Positions 50,514 through 64,000 of a DNA stretch of 64,000 bases are shown piece after piece. The notes under the pieces were generated by a model that saw only the letters and a list, made by a program, of their open reading frames with translations, ran no database searches and had not been told where the DNA came from. This DNA comes from Acanthaster planci (Eukaryota). The position numbers were made by a program, and so were the translations under genes. The stretch's first letter is position 1; every line of letters starts with the position of its first letter. Where the stretch lies: positions 2,713,825-2,777,824 of the forward strand of contig NW_019091361.1 of the NCBI RefSeq assembly GCF_001949145.1, written 5' to 3'.

Positions 50514-53500
50514 TTGGTCTGCGCAGACAGGATGACAGCGGTGATGCTCGGTGGGCCAGATTGGTCAGTCACACCTTTGCCCTCGTAGTTAAAGGCTGCA
50601 AGTTAATAAAACTTCAGTGGATACATCATCGGTCGAAATGTGGGCCGACAACAATGCTTGAAGGAAGATGCGCTATCACCGTAGTTGGGCGTAAATGCCG
50701 TTTGTTGGCGAGAAACAAAGGAAGACTTCTCCTCATTATACATGCACAAGAATAACAACAAAGTAGTTATATTCTATGTTCAAAATAATATGAAAGAGGA
50801 CAATAACGTTGTTTTATGTAAAATAGTTGTGAGGTGTTAACTGCAGTTATTCAGCCTCTGCGAAATTTCCGTCGGGCATAATACAGGTACCTTTTCATAG
50901 GTACATATTTTGGGTGCGTTGCGTACACGATCCGTTCATGCGTTTCACTTTCATGCACACAAAAATCGACTCCATTAACAGAACACTCGTGTGCGTTACG
51001 TTCGGCCGTCAAAATCGCACCGGGAGCGATTTTGACGGATACGCGACGCTTGGCGCAAGTGCTGACGTGCTAATGGAAAAGCGCCTTTATAAGAATAGAA
51101 ATCCCAACTCGTACTAATTACAGTAACCGTTTTACACACCGACTAATAAGGCACAAGAAGGAAGCAACCTCGTGGACAAAAAAACTAAGTCTTGGGGCTC
51201 GTTCGATAAGCAACGATTTGTTATTCACTGGTCGATTTTGCCTGGTGCCCGGTATATATATTATGCGTAGGTTACCAGCCAAAATCGACCAGTGGTTTAC
51301 ACTAAATTTGTCCCTGAGCAAACTAACCCATTAAGATTCTCAACAAACTTCAATCTCATGGGTATCCTTTCAGCGAGAAACTCGGGAAGGTGAAGTATAG
51401 CACTGGCGTTTTTAAGTTTTCATCATCGGCTGATCAACTTCCGCAAACGGTTATAGTTGAATAGAAGGCTTTCTATTTAAAGGAAATAAAATATGACATC
51501 TTTTCATTAAAGGAAATTAACCTCATACTTTTAAGTTAGAAAGCCACAGATGATAGAAGAGTCCAACCATTAGTAGCGAAGCAGCTTTTATAAAATTCGT
51601 CAGACCTTACTCGCTCATTTCTTTAATTCGACATTAAAGGAAAACGATAAGCTTAAAAAGAGATCAAAGACACTGGTTTTCAGAGAAAATGATGGTAAGC
51701 TAAACGTTGTAAAAAGGCTCAACATAAATTATAAAGGTGTTAACCGGTGTTACTATCACTATACCTGTCATGATCATAGACTCACATTATCCAAATTTTC
51801 CAGAACATCTATTGGTTTTTTGGAATTGAGAAGGGATGTTAACCGCTCGCACTAATGCCTTTACACTGGTGTTGATATCGTCTTTGGATGTTTGATAACT
51901 GGAACGACCCTCTGCACGGTTTTGCTAAAAGCGAGGCTGCACTGACATATCTTGGTCACTTGACTAGATTCTGTCTCAAATTTTGTATAACAACATACAT
52001 AGTGACGCCACCAAAGTTAACAAATATTCATTGTTTTGCAGGTGCCTTTGTTCCAGCATGACGGCTCCATGCAAAAAGCTCTCTCGGACAGGCATGGAAA
52101 ATCAGGGTTTTGTTCACAACTTCACAAAATAATTCCGCAATGTAACGCTTGGAAAAAACGACAAAAAAGCATACTTTTTGTGTTACTATTGTTTCAGTTT
52201 TGCCTTTTCCCCAACATTAATTTCCACCACTCTCTTAAAAAACATAATCTACAGCTCAAGAAAACCTGGCGTGATAAGTTTTCCAGTTGTGATCAAAATG
52301 AGACTCGTGTAGGCAGCATCAAAACCTAATCCTGACATGACGAACAGCTGCCTATGGTATAAGTTTATATGAACAGCCAGGAAACATCTTGGGAAATAAG
52401 TCTGTCACATACTGTAACTGCTTCTACATCTAAGCCGTAAACATAACAGGTGAGTCGAAGAAAGACGCCAAACTTACTCGCAGGCGCGTAAAGAGGAGCT
52501 CCCATAACCTCCTATACGAGCAGGCAACGCACCACAACAGTACCATCCTCAACCCACTTGCGTTATCCAGAGTTTTTTTTGTGTGTGGAGTGGTGTCCTA
52601 TTGAGTTATCACCGGCAGTCTATAATACAAACGGGCAAACGGGTAGACGATGTGTGGCAAGTATCGCAGGTGGGTAAAATCCCGCAAGTTTCCAGCAACT
52701 GAGGGCCGAACACCTCCTCCGTCTCTCAGCGTCTCGCTGTACCACCACTGAACAGCTCCATCCACGCGTCTTCGCTGGTCCACACATCTTGAGAGAAGTG
52801 ACTCACGTATTGCGTCCTGCATAGAGTCCCACTGGCCGAACACTCCCCGTCATCCATCTTTTTGATATTCCTCTCGCTGTTTTGGACCCATCCTTGGAGT
52901 ACCCGAGGGGAACCAACCAATTTTCGACTGAAATTTCCCCCTTCCTGTCTGGAGAGGTCAACGATTGGTTAATCGGCTAATACACGTACGGACACAAGAG
53001 GTTGAAGGCCCCTGCACAATTTATTTCAGTCTCTCGTATACAAGTGCCTTTTGTTTTTGCCATACGTTTATAACAGCAGAGATCTTGGCAACACATTTCA
53101 TTTTAACGTAATGACCAGTAAAATAAGACACATCCGTTGATTTGGATGAAGTGAAAAAAGTAAAGAAATAGGTGTACGTTGAGGACGCCGTACATTGGTT
53201 CAGAATTCATGACACTGTTTCATCTGACGTAAATGACTAAAGTGTTTTGTGAAGCACATAGTCCGATTCTAAAAGATTGAACGATCCTCTAGAGAAACGC
53301 TCCTACAGCAACGGCCATCTTGAATTGTTACCACACAACCAGTAATACATGGCATAATTGATCTGAACAATCAAGACTCTTGATTGTATCGTACTTCGGC
53401 TAAAAATAATAGATATACGTATAATTCATATTAATTAATTTCGAAACGCAAAAACACGTTTCAAATGACTGTAAGATACAACGAGACACTTTTCCCGGAA

Positions 53501-56500
53501 GTAAATTTACACACGAAAAGTAACTGTGGAACTCACAAGCCACTGATTTTAAAATACATATTTACTACTGTCCATAAAAACAAAAACTTATATTCCAGAA
53601 ATTAAAAGTGAAAATCTGTCATTTACATCGAGGGTTGTTGCCCCAACCCCCAAATTCATGTACAACATGGGCCAGACTCCCATTCAATCATCGGCCACAG
53701 GGTTTTATTGCTTATTTACGTAGGTCCAACCCTTTTCCCAGCAGGTTACAGCTTGAAAACTGCTACAACACTTCTACTCCCCTACACCATGAGCCCTCGT
53801 ATGAGTAAAGTTTGGATGTAGGTCACCTACGGCAATCTGGGGTCAGGATGTTATAAATCATACCTGTGGCCGAGCACATTGACATTAAAGGCTCGCACCG
53901 CGTCATGAACGGTTCGGCCCCCGGTGATTAAACTTGAGGTCTGCTATTCAGAACATTTTCGGTCACTTTTTGATACATCAACTAGAATAATAAAAAGGTG
54001 AGTTAATATTTGTTACTAACTGAGGGTACATGAGATTCACATGATAAACACTGTTTGTGCACTGTACCTCTGTTTGTTGTTTGGTTTTTGCTTTTGTTTT
54101 CAATATTTTCGTTGTTTTATTGTTGAAAATGAAACAAATAACTGTAGGCGGTTCTTTTCTTTTTTACACGTTAGCCACTTCTGCAGAGGGCATTTGACTT
54201 TCTCTAGATATGCCTGCTACCAGTCTAAGACGAGACGACTGTCACCTTCCCTTAGATATTTCTAAGTGAAAAAACCAAACATTTAAGGGATTATTTGGTT
54301 TTGTTTTGTGGTTTGTTTTTACATTCCCCCCCCCTTGCTTGACCCAAACAATCTTGTTTGATTGCAAACATGACTGAATCCCCCTGATGTGAAACGGACG
54401 CAAAATAGTGTAAAAACAAACGTACAATTTCATACTGAGTGAAGCATAGGCACGAACCAGCATTCACTTGCAAACGTTTCATTAAAATAAAACATATTGC
54501 CATCATCACGGCATATATTCTCGTTTTTAAGAAGGGATTTTAAAGTAATACCAAGGTTATTTTTAGAAAGTAAATTCGGTATGCAGCGACAACTGCCAAC
54601 CCGTCGAGAGACGCATACCATAAACATATGCGTAGCGTTGAGTTCACCGGCGAGCCGAGAGACGCAGCTCGCAGGGGTCGCATTAGACAAGGCTTCCGGT
54701 CAATTTCTTTCAATTTCTGTTGTTGGGGAGAAATAATTCAAAAGGCCGATGTTACAATACAACAGTTGTGCTTCTTTCGTCTTAACGCTCTAATAGAAAG
54801 CTCCAACCATTGTTCGCTTCAGTGGACTACAAAAAAGACATGGAAATCGCTGAGCACAAAGGCGATGTGTACATGTATATCTTTGGTAAACATGATTGAA
54901 ATGAAAAGTTTTTCGACTTGGTTTTGGTAAATAGAAGTATCATGTATACGACTTCGATGGCTAAGGAATTCATTCCTCCCCTGGCTTTCATGCTAGATGA
55001 AGGACAAACAGTGGAATAATTCTGAATTGAAATAAATATCAGCAAAATTTTTGACATTGTGCTGTTCACCAAGACTCAGATTTAACTCTGAATGAAATGA
55101 TCGTGAATGCAAAGAATGATATTCGAATTTCTAACAATTAAAAATTGTCTTAAAAGACTGAAGTACCACAATGAACTAAACATAAGTAGATTAATCTTTT
55201 TTTAAGTACAGTAGAATTTGAAATCCGATTGATCAAAAGTACATGGATATACGGACCAGAAATGGGACACTGTGTGTTATGTCAGGGACCATATTTTGCT
55301 TCATCTGTTTTGCTTATTTGCTAAGTAATATCACCAAATTTATTTCCCTATTAAAAAGAATGCCTTTAAAATGTACTGTTGAACAGGAATATCCACCTTC
55401 CAGAACGCCTAGGATATGAGACGTTAATCTTATTAAAAATATGCTGGAGAGATTATAATACATGAGCTCACTGGGGTTTGAACTTACATCACAAATTTGG
55501 GTAGTTCGTAAAGTGGGATAGTTTTACTTCCCTCTAGCTCACGACATATGTACTGCACGACACCGGTGACACTTTGTCACCTAAGCTGTTGTGTATATAA
55601 TTTGGCCCATGATTTAACGGCAAAACAAGAGTGTTTAGGCAAGAATTATCAGACATTGACTGCCGTCATGCATTCTCCTTCCACATTTGTGGAATCACTA
55701 CAGCGCACAGAGCGATGTTCCACAGTGTCCTCGTGGTGAAGAACGCCAACAATGCATAGGGTTATACAGCAATACATCCTCCATGATTACAACAGCAACG
55801 ACAAACTGAAAGCTGATGACTGAGACAGGCGTTGGGAACACCGCGACCTTCCAGCGAGCAGTGCCGTGTCCCTACTGTACTGGTTATTAATATCCAACGA
55901 TCTTACCGACTCACAACAGTCTGGACGTGGCCACTAGCTTCCTTCTTTCCCTTTGGCACATTTCCGGCCATGTGCGAATTCGATCACAGCCAGGGCTAGG
56001 CGGGTAGGCCTCCCTTTTTTCTCATGGCCACGGACCCGTTGCAGGCAGAGATTACATACGAAATTTCAACAATCTGCTCACACTGTGTTGTATTCCGTGA
56101 TATATTTGGAACTCTTCCATGGCCTCTTTGCTGCACTTTGAGTTTCAAGTCGCGACAGCCATGTTAGTTTCATTCGGTACTTTCAACAGCGAGGTTGTGC
56201 TTTTGATTAAAATGAATAGAAGAACTAGATCTATGGACGATTCCTTCGTCCAAAATGACCGCTGATACAACACCTATTCCCTAAAAAGAGCCAAACTATA
56301 CATGTAGAAGAACATCATATATTGATGACCTGTAAGGACCTCTGAACTGGTGCCTCAATGTGGCCTTCATTTCTGTCTCAACTGTGTGACCAAGCACTAA
56401 CACTGTTTTTTGCATGCAACAGCCAAATGCTCGTAATCTACATAGCGAGCATTTCGCTAATCCCCACTGTGGTCAGGGTGTTTCCTTTCTGCGTTGTTTC

Positions 56501-59500
56501 CCCAAATTCCGCCACACCTATACCAAATAACTCACCACAGCCCCACGATTGCCGTCCTTGAGCGTGGGTTTTTTTGGGTGGCAAAGTTGTCGCACGCTGT
56601 ACCCATATATGGCGTGCAGCACTGTTACAGCGGGTTGCATCCGTCCATGCCATGGTGAACATGCCCAGTGCCTGACTTACAGAGAAGTGCTGCAGTGAGA
56701 AATCGTGCAGGTCAGGTCATGTCCTTAGATGCCCGATCAATGACTGCACCTCGCTGGACCCACGGGGAAGGCTTAACAGGCCAAAACGACCACGCTGTGC
56801 GATGCGCAATGGCAGCCGGGCCAGTTTCGTGCCAACTCGGCCTTATGTGATAATGGTAGTTCAACTTCAAGGTTGAGGCACTGTAAACGAAAAGGGCTAG
56901 GCCTACATCGGTGGGTACGGACGTCCTGCGTGTGTGTGTCATGGTTGAAGTGAGTCCATTCAGCCCCAATGGCAATCGGCATGCAGTTTGGCGAGACCGT
57001 GGCGAGACCGTGTGCAGTTGCTTCATATCATGCCGCCATCATCATCGTCGTCCTCGCCACCAGCGTGTCATGACGTAGGCATGGTGAATTCGTCCCCCAA
57101 TCACTCCCCCAGTAATGGTCCCTCTGGATGCCGTTCTCATGCTATCGATCATATTAATACCATTCACCCTGTCGGGGCCTCTCTCCGGCTCAGATGCGCT
57201 CCAGTGCCGCTGCATGTTGACTCACCAACTCGTCTCTCGCTTTATGAGCAACCCATGCGCGGTCTTTTTTTTAACGGCCTCTGTTGTCACATCCACAAAC
57301 GCGATATGAATTAGGCAGCTTACTCACTCGTATATATTCTCATAGTTAAAGATTTCTCATTAAGGGGGGGTCGAGGAAAGTACACAGCACCTCGGGCAAA
57401 CCTGCTTCGTGCCAAACATTGAACTCCTGTTCCCGCTGGCGGGAGTCTAGTGTAGCGCGGACGGGGCCAGGGGTTACGAGAGTGTCACGGTCGAATTTCG
57501 GTCAGGCTGTGCATGCGACTGGGCGGATTTCGTGCGGTAGTGAGCCGAGATGCAGGGCCAGATGCACTGCGCAGATGGGGAAAGGTAGGACAGTCCGATC
57601 TGCAAGGTTGGACGTGCATGCATCCCCGACAAGATAAATGCGGCAGGTCATGGAATCAACACCGACGTAAACCCTAAGTAGTTTTCTCCCCACACATGCA
57701 ATGACTACATATAATGTAAGATCATATTTCCCAAGGCGTCACCTGAAGTAACCGCTTCAACCCCGTATTTTGGACCTTCTTTACCGTTGGTAAGAGAAAC
57801 TGCCAGCGTCGGCGGATCGGGTTTGAACGACTTCTTTGTGAATTTTTGTTGGCGCTACACAATTTTGTTAAAACCAAAAATATGGTTGAAACGCGTCCTG
57901 ACGTGTACTGAAGACTAGTAATTCTAGTGGTTTGCAGAATTTGACCCTTTACTAACTCGTATAAATCAAATATGAATTAAACTGATTGAGAATTATTAAA
58001 ACCAAAATGAATCAATTTTAAATATATGGCTTCTGGAAATATCATATACTCTCAATCAGGTACACGTGAAAACATTAACTGTTAATCATGTGAGTGCTCT
58101 GTACACCAGCATTCAAATATTTGGGATACTTCTGGTGACATAAAAATACATATTAAGAGCAGTAAGCCATATGCATCACCCCCCAATATATATGATTAAA
58201 AATTAGTTTTAAGGTAAAAGCATCCACTATGATCATTGTTTATGTTATTTCCTCTGATTAGCACTTTTTGTCCAATTCTGACAAAGTACCAAAAAATTTA
58301 ATCACCCCCTTTAGAAAGGGAAATTCATACCCCTTTTGATCCAACATGGGACGAGGAAAAAAAATCTTACCTTTTGATGTTTGACTTAGTGAATACCAAC
58401 GTTGGTGTTGTTTTGAATGCTAGGCAGAGCATCGTGGCAATAACGTACAGCAGCGCAGCTCGACATGTCACCGCATCGCGCCTGGACGGCGGGACGGTGC
58501 GCCGGTAGTTCTTTACCCCGATGCAGCGAAGGAGTCGTAAAGCGGGCAGAGCTCCCTCCCAAAAATAGCCCTGGCACAGGGCCCGAACCTCTCCCTGGGC
58601 AATTCTGGAAGTCAAGTCCAAACCACGGAAGGCGAAGGGATTGATTCTTTTTAGGGTGATGGCTGGTTGTAATGGTTTGATCTGACCTCGCGCGCTGACT
58701 GATTGCGAGCTGCAGTACATGTCTCTAACAGCATCCACACATTCACCCCCATTGATGCTACTCACACAACACATTGGCCAGCCCGCCTTCGACTCTGCCA
58801 CATCCCTTGGCTTTGGCGCCTCGCTAACGACCTATAGCATGAAACAGAAAATACCCTCTATGTTATGAGTGGCTATGGAAATGAATAAATAAAAAAATTA
58901 TAAAACCAAAAAAAAAAAAAAAACAGTCTGTGTGGGCTAGCCAGTGAGGCATTGCGAGCGGTGGAGTTCAGGGCCAACAGGCCCCGCCTACCGACCCTTT
59001 TCGCTGGTTGGGTTCATCACACTGGCACGAATTAGGCCTCCATTCAAAGGGGCAGGTACACCGATGTACATGTACATGTATTATCACTCAGCGTCGCTGG
59101 GTAAACCGGCTCATGGAAATTAACTTTGAACAGGATAAAAGGCGCATGTGACTGAGTTTCAATGGACATAGCAAACGTGCCTGGTTTTTAGCTTTTCGCG
59201 AACAGGCATGCGTGACCTTCCCCGCCGCCAGCATTTTTTTTGGAGGGGGGCATGTTGGGTTATTTTACTTCAACTCCTTACTGCTCCCGCGGGAATTATG
59301 ATAAAGTGCTGAAGGGACACAAAAACATCTATTTCTGTTAGTTAGGCGCTTGTTGTGGTTCATTGAGCACATTGAACTCATTTTATTTCCAGAATAAATG
59401 AGTCTTTCGAAAAGGGAATTAGTTCAGGTTAACTTTTTTTTTCCAGATTAGTATTTTTGCGAAGAGTCGAGGTTGTGTTTTTTCAGGCTGGTATTTGTGC

Positions 59501-62500
59501 CATAGAAATGTGTAATAGCGCTTAGCTATTCTCACACAAGGGCGGATCCAGAACCAAGTTTCGGCGGCCATTTTTTTGGGGGGGGGGGTAAAAATGGGAA
59601 TTTTTAAAGTTAAATCTGTCATGGCCTTTGTAAGATGTGTGATCAAATTATATAGCTCTCTCGTGGTCTGGGAAGGCAATGAAATGACATGGTCCTCCAA
59701 TCGCCTATCTCTTATTATACCGGTATGTTTTCGCTCGGAGGGGGGCGTGACCCCTTGCTCCCAAGATCTGGCCAATGATCTCATAAAAAAGAGTTTCGCT
59801 ACTTCATATCTTCAGAAATGTTATATTGAAAAGGATTTGTTTAATGTTCGCCAAATCGAGCAATTCCACATAGTTTTTAAATGTTTTGGAATTAATTTTG
59901 ATAATTATTATTCATAATTGGCATTTCAAACCGACGTTTAATTTTGTACATGCCACACCTTTGCAGGTACTGCGCATGGTTCACACTGCTGAAGTTTCTG
60001 TTTCTCTGTATCACTGTCCTTATTTTCTATTACAAATGCCTGTCCAACATTTTTTTAATTATATAAAAATACCAGTAAACAGTTTAGCATAAGAGTGAGT
60101 TTCAAGACGTACGTCGTCGGAGTACAGAAGTAGGGAAGTGGCTCTGACATCGTCAGAAAAGATTTCACAAACAAACTATGCATTCCGTAATGTTACCTTT
60201 TTAATTCACACTAAATCAAAACGTGCAGGATAATTGAAATTAACTTTGTGATACATTAAATATTGTGTGAATAGATATGGAAAAATCTGAACAAAAAGGA
60301 AACTTTCCGCGTAACAAAATAATCCATTATTACGTATTGGGGGTTATTAATTAAGGAGAGTGGTCGTTTTTGCTGTGAAAGAACAAGTACGTTATCATGA
60401 CCAAGGCTCGGTATAGACTTCTTTTACTGAGTAATTGAATTAACAGAATTGAACCCTCTCTTTACCGCCAAAAGCGACATGAACATGAACAAACCAAAAG
60501 CGGTACATGAACAGAAATACGCCGACAAATGTGTCATGCGTATTCGTACCACGATCTCACCTATCTCAGTTTTTGACATTTCGAGAAAAACGCATTTAAA
60601 GTTGGGTCCGTTTTGAATCTTTCATTTCCCCCATAATACTTATTTGTATTGACACAGATTTCGTATTTTAATAAAGTTAGATAGTTAAATAAATATATGA
60701 GATATTTTGTTGGGGAAAAAATCTTATGTAATAGGTTAAAATGAGCGCCAAAACCATTCGTCACTTTTTGAAATTTTCATTGTCATATTGCATGAGCGCA
60801 AACAGCGACCTACACAGACAGGTCACTTCCTCGAACAAAACGTGTCGATTTCTCTGTGGCTGACAGTGATCGATGTCGTGTGCGCATGCGCACGCTGAAT
60901 TTTTCAAGTTGATGTATGTGGAGGTTAGTTAAAATCCTTTAATGAGTTTGGTTTATACTTTTCGATAAAAAGGTTTTAAAGAATGAAACTTTGCAAAAGT
61001 TCAAGGAAATTAGAAGGGGAATTCCCATCGGAAAGGTCACGAACTCATATTTTCTATTTTTGTTATTTTCAAAGTGTACCTCATCATTCGAACTTATGTT
61101 TCCATGTATAACCAGGGTCAATTTTCTGCAAAAACAAATTAAACACCTCCTTTAAAAGAATTACAGTAATATAGGGCATATCAATGACATACATTGTAAA
61201 GGAAATCTACTGCTGTTCCAATAATAATACGTGAAACGTGAAATCTGCTCGGGGTCACTGTATAATTGGTTGTATTATATACTGTATATTTTGATGTTGA
61301 GAGTAGCCCATCAGAAAAAGGCCCTATTTAAGGGAAACTCAAGGGGTGGAAAAGTAAGCTTTACAAAAGACTGTTTAAAAAGATACGTAAGACGTCTGTC
61401 TTGGTGTCTGACCTGGACTGACTATTGTCAGTTATTATGTCTTCAGTTTAATTTCAAACCATACATGTGTATAGGTAAATTAAACAGTGCAGGAAGTAAT
61501 AGTATCGGAGTTGTTTCATAATCACTTTAATGCACATCGGTGACTTTTAAATGACATTAGTAAAGGAAGTAGACCAAAATAATGTCATAGTTGTTTCTTA
61601 ACCAGTTGAAAGGACATCGGTGACTTTTGAATGACATTAGCAGCAACAGCAGGAAATTAGCTCCTGATTCAATGATGCGGAGTGCCAGCATTGCAATGCA
61701 TCGAAAATCCAAGGGAAATGCAGACTTACTTTTAAAAGGACCTTGGGTCACCGTTTTCCCCTTAAATCCTGAGGCTAAATATCGGAGTTGGGTCACAGCG
61801 TTTAGTTAAGTAATACACAGCTTTAATTCCAATTTAGGAATTGACATGAAAAGTTTCGTATGCTTTTCCACATAAAATATAGTCGACGAGAGATTCAATC
61901 AGAGTGTCTTTCATGTCCGGTGTCATTCCTTTTGCAGTATGTAACAAATAATTCTTTAGGTTTTGTATGCTTTGCATTAGTTTGCAATACTAACCAGAAA
62001 TATGGCAACTGGTAGCTTGTTACAGTTCATTACGTTTAGCTTCTTTTTAACTGTGTAAATTTTAAAATTTTATCTGGACTGGTTTACTAAATCAACATTT
62101 ACAAAAGAGAAACACAAAGCACAAATGTCATGAACCAAACAGGTAAAATGCTAATTTTGATCTGAACCAGGCAGCCTGAAACCAAATACGAATCCCACAT
62201 ACGTGAAGGATTAAATTGTAACTGGCCCCCTTATTCTTCATCTTATTTGGTTCCCAGCTGCTAGGTATGTCTATTTGTGCGATTTTTTAGGGTACCAGTT
62301 TAGCCTAGCAGTCCGTATAAAACCGCGCGGCAGGCGTTACTCGCCCGCCTGCAGTGGTGGTCGACTTGCGCAGACCAGTATTCCTGCATAGTTGTACGTA
62401 AGTGCGGGAAAGAAGCCCCGTACTGGAGTGTGAGTTTGGCATAGCAATGTAAATAATTGAGACATATATCACCGTACTGATAGCTAATCACCAAGCCACA

Positions 62501-64000
62501 CTGGAAATTAGTCAATTTTAATGATTGTCCTTTTTGAATCTTGAAAGGATCAGTAATTTACACTCATTGTAATTTCTTAACGTTGTGTGCCGCGGAGGTA
62601 AAGCGCCTTTGCGAAGGCTCATGTTTTTGTGAATGATGAAGAAACGTGGCCCTGTATCAACTGTATCTGTCCCCTTGTTACTTTTCTTGTTCATCAAGGC
62701 TGTTGTGCTGCGGGCCTGGCGGTAAACTGCTGCCAAAACGGATCGGCGCCACCGGCTTTCAAAGGCTAGACCGCTCGCTGACGTGGGCTGGCCCGACCGG
62801 GTAGCAAACTCCAAAAGACGAGACTGCCACAGTATTGTTGCCGTGACTGACTTCACAAGTAGGCCTCGCTTAGGATTTCGTGTCACCGTACACACGAATG
62901 CCCATCGCGATTTTATTCGAATTTCGGTATAAAAAACAAGGAATATACTTAGTTCAGTCATTTAAAGAAACGGAAACGCAGTTGAAATTCAGGTTCAACT
63001 TCAGCTACCGAATGACACCAAACAGCGCAAGACTGGTTTCGATTGACTGAACTTCAAATGACATCGATAGGTATAGCTTACGGTCCAGACACCAGACTGT
63101 GTAGGCCACTTGGTGGAAATAAAAAAGCGTTGTCTATACACGTTTCACGAGGTCACTTATCTCAATGCGTCAGTCCGTGAGGTAATAATTTAAATTTTGG
63201 AGAGGTATGTCAATATGTCTAATTACCCAAATTAATTTAATTAGCCTTTCAGAGCACCTGTCAGTTTGAAATTTTTAGAAACAAAAATTCATCATGCATA
63301 ACAAGAATATGCTAAAAACCCAAATTCGTCAAAAATTGACATAAGTCAGATCGTCGTACGATCGACGAAATAATGGCACGCACAAAGTTTATTTCAATTC
63401 TAAACTGAACTCAAAAAGAAACGAAAATCTTTTGGGCACAACTGCAACAACGTTTTAGTACGTTTAATTGCTAAGCAAAACCTTGCAAATTATAATTACT
63501 TTCTGGGAAAAATTCTCACAAGAAATTAGCACAAGTGCAGATCACTTCAGACGTGTGTTATCAGTATAGTGAAGGAACAGAACAGTTCTTTTAACTTAGT
63601 GAATCATTAACAATTTTGTAACTAAAAACTACCAAAGTCGTTAAATTGTCAATAAACAAACAGGGATGTGCGTTATCCGTCCTGTGAACAAGTACAGTGA
63701 CGACAAACAAGTTTATTGGGAGAAAATACGACAGTGCGACAGCAATGTGTTGTTGATGGTAAGATAATGCGTATCTATATTGGCTGTAACTCTAACTTGT
63801 TCTATTGTGTATAAAATAATCTTACGAGGATTTTTCTTTAGTCTGAGCGCAGAATGAAAGTGCATTAGATAGATTTAAACGTCGCTCTGTTCATTATGCG
63901 CGGGGAGGCCTTGGGTTATAAAACGACTCCTTTGATTGGTTGAACCTGCTATTGTCATTATGGTCACCAGGGTCATTCGTTATCCTCAGCCCGTGCACAA

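Larger units (their letters stand above)
39600..58831 (-). ncRNA. Putative spliced non-coding host transcript of mir-9 (boundaries uncertain)
   Basis: Minus-strand exon candidates with canonical splice signals at 58371-58831, 57328-57599, 52807-52944 and a terminal exon starting at 40617. No recognisable protein. Inferred only. Confidence 0.4.

Noticed and set aside
56988..57314. 108-aa plus-strand Ser/Pro-rich ORF
   Set aside because: Low complexity, no homology recognised, and splice signals in this region favour the minus strand.
62518..62961. 147-aa minus ORF
   Set aside because: No recognisable domain or exon boundaries; consistent with a chance ORF in a GC-rich patch.
63915..63945. 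TATAAAA plus CCAAT (attgg) as a core promoter
   Set aside because: Order and spacing are atypical, and it lies at the window edge with no associated gene.

Overview
Eukaryotic (animal) genomic DNA with spliced genes. An invertebrate deuterostome, probably an echinoderm, is inferred from the protein and miRNA sequences and the repeat style. The left ~39 kb holds three housekeeping genes read by hand across GT-AG introns: the 5' coding exons of ADP-dependent glucokinase (ADPGK, minus strand, continuing off the left edge), a complete 7-exon metaxin-1/3-like gene (plus, 7309-13958, ~329 aa) and a complete 5-exon methylmalonyl-CoA epimerase (MCEE, plus, 17532-38303, 166 aa) with a ~17 kb last intron. 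The right ~25 kb has no recognisable protein-coding gene and looks CpG-richer. It carries a miR-9/miR-79 hairpin on the minus strand (50426-50513), probably inside a spliced non-coding host transcript. Non-autonomous transposon-derived elements are scattered throughout. They include two Penelope-type minimal hammerhead ribozyme motifs, long hairpins in both predicted 3' UTRs, and one MITE family present upstream of both the metaxin and MCEE start codons. Most ORFs in the supplied track are spurious. All calls were made by eye, without database searches.
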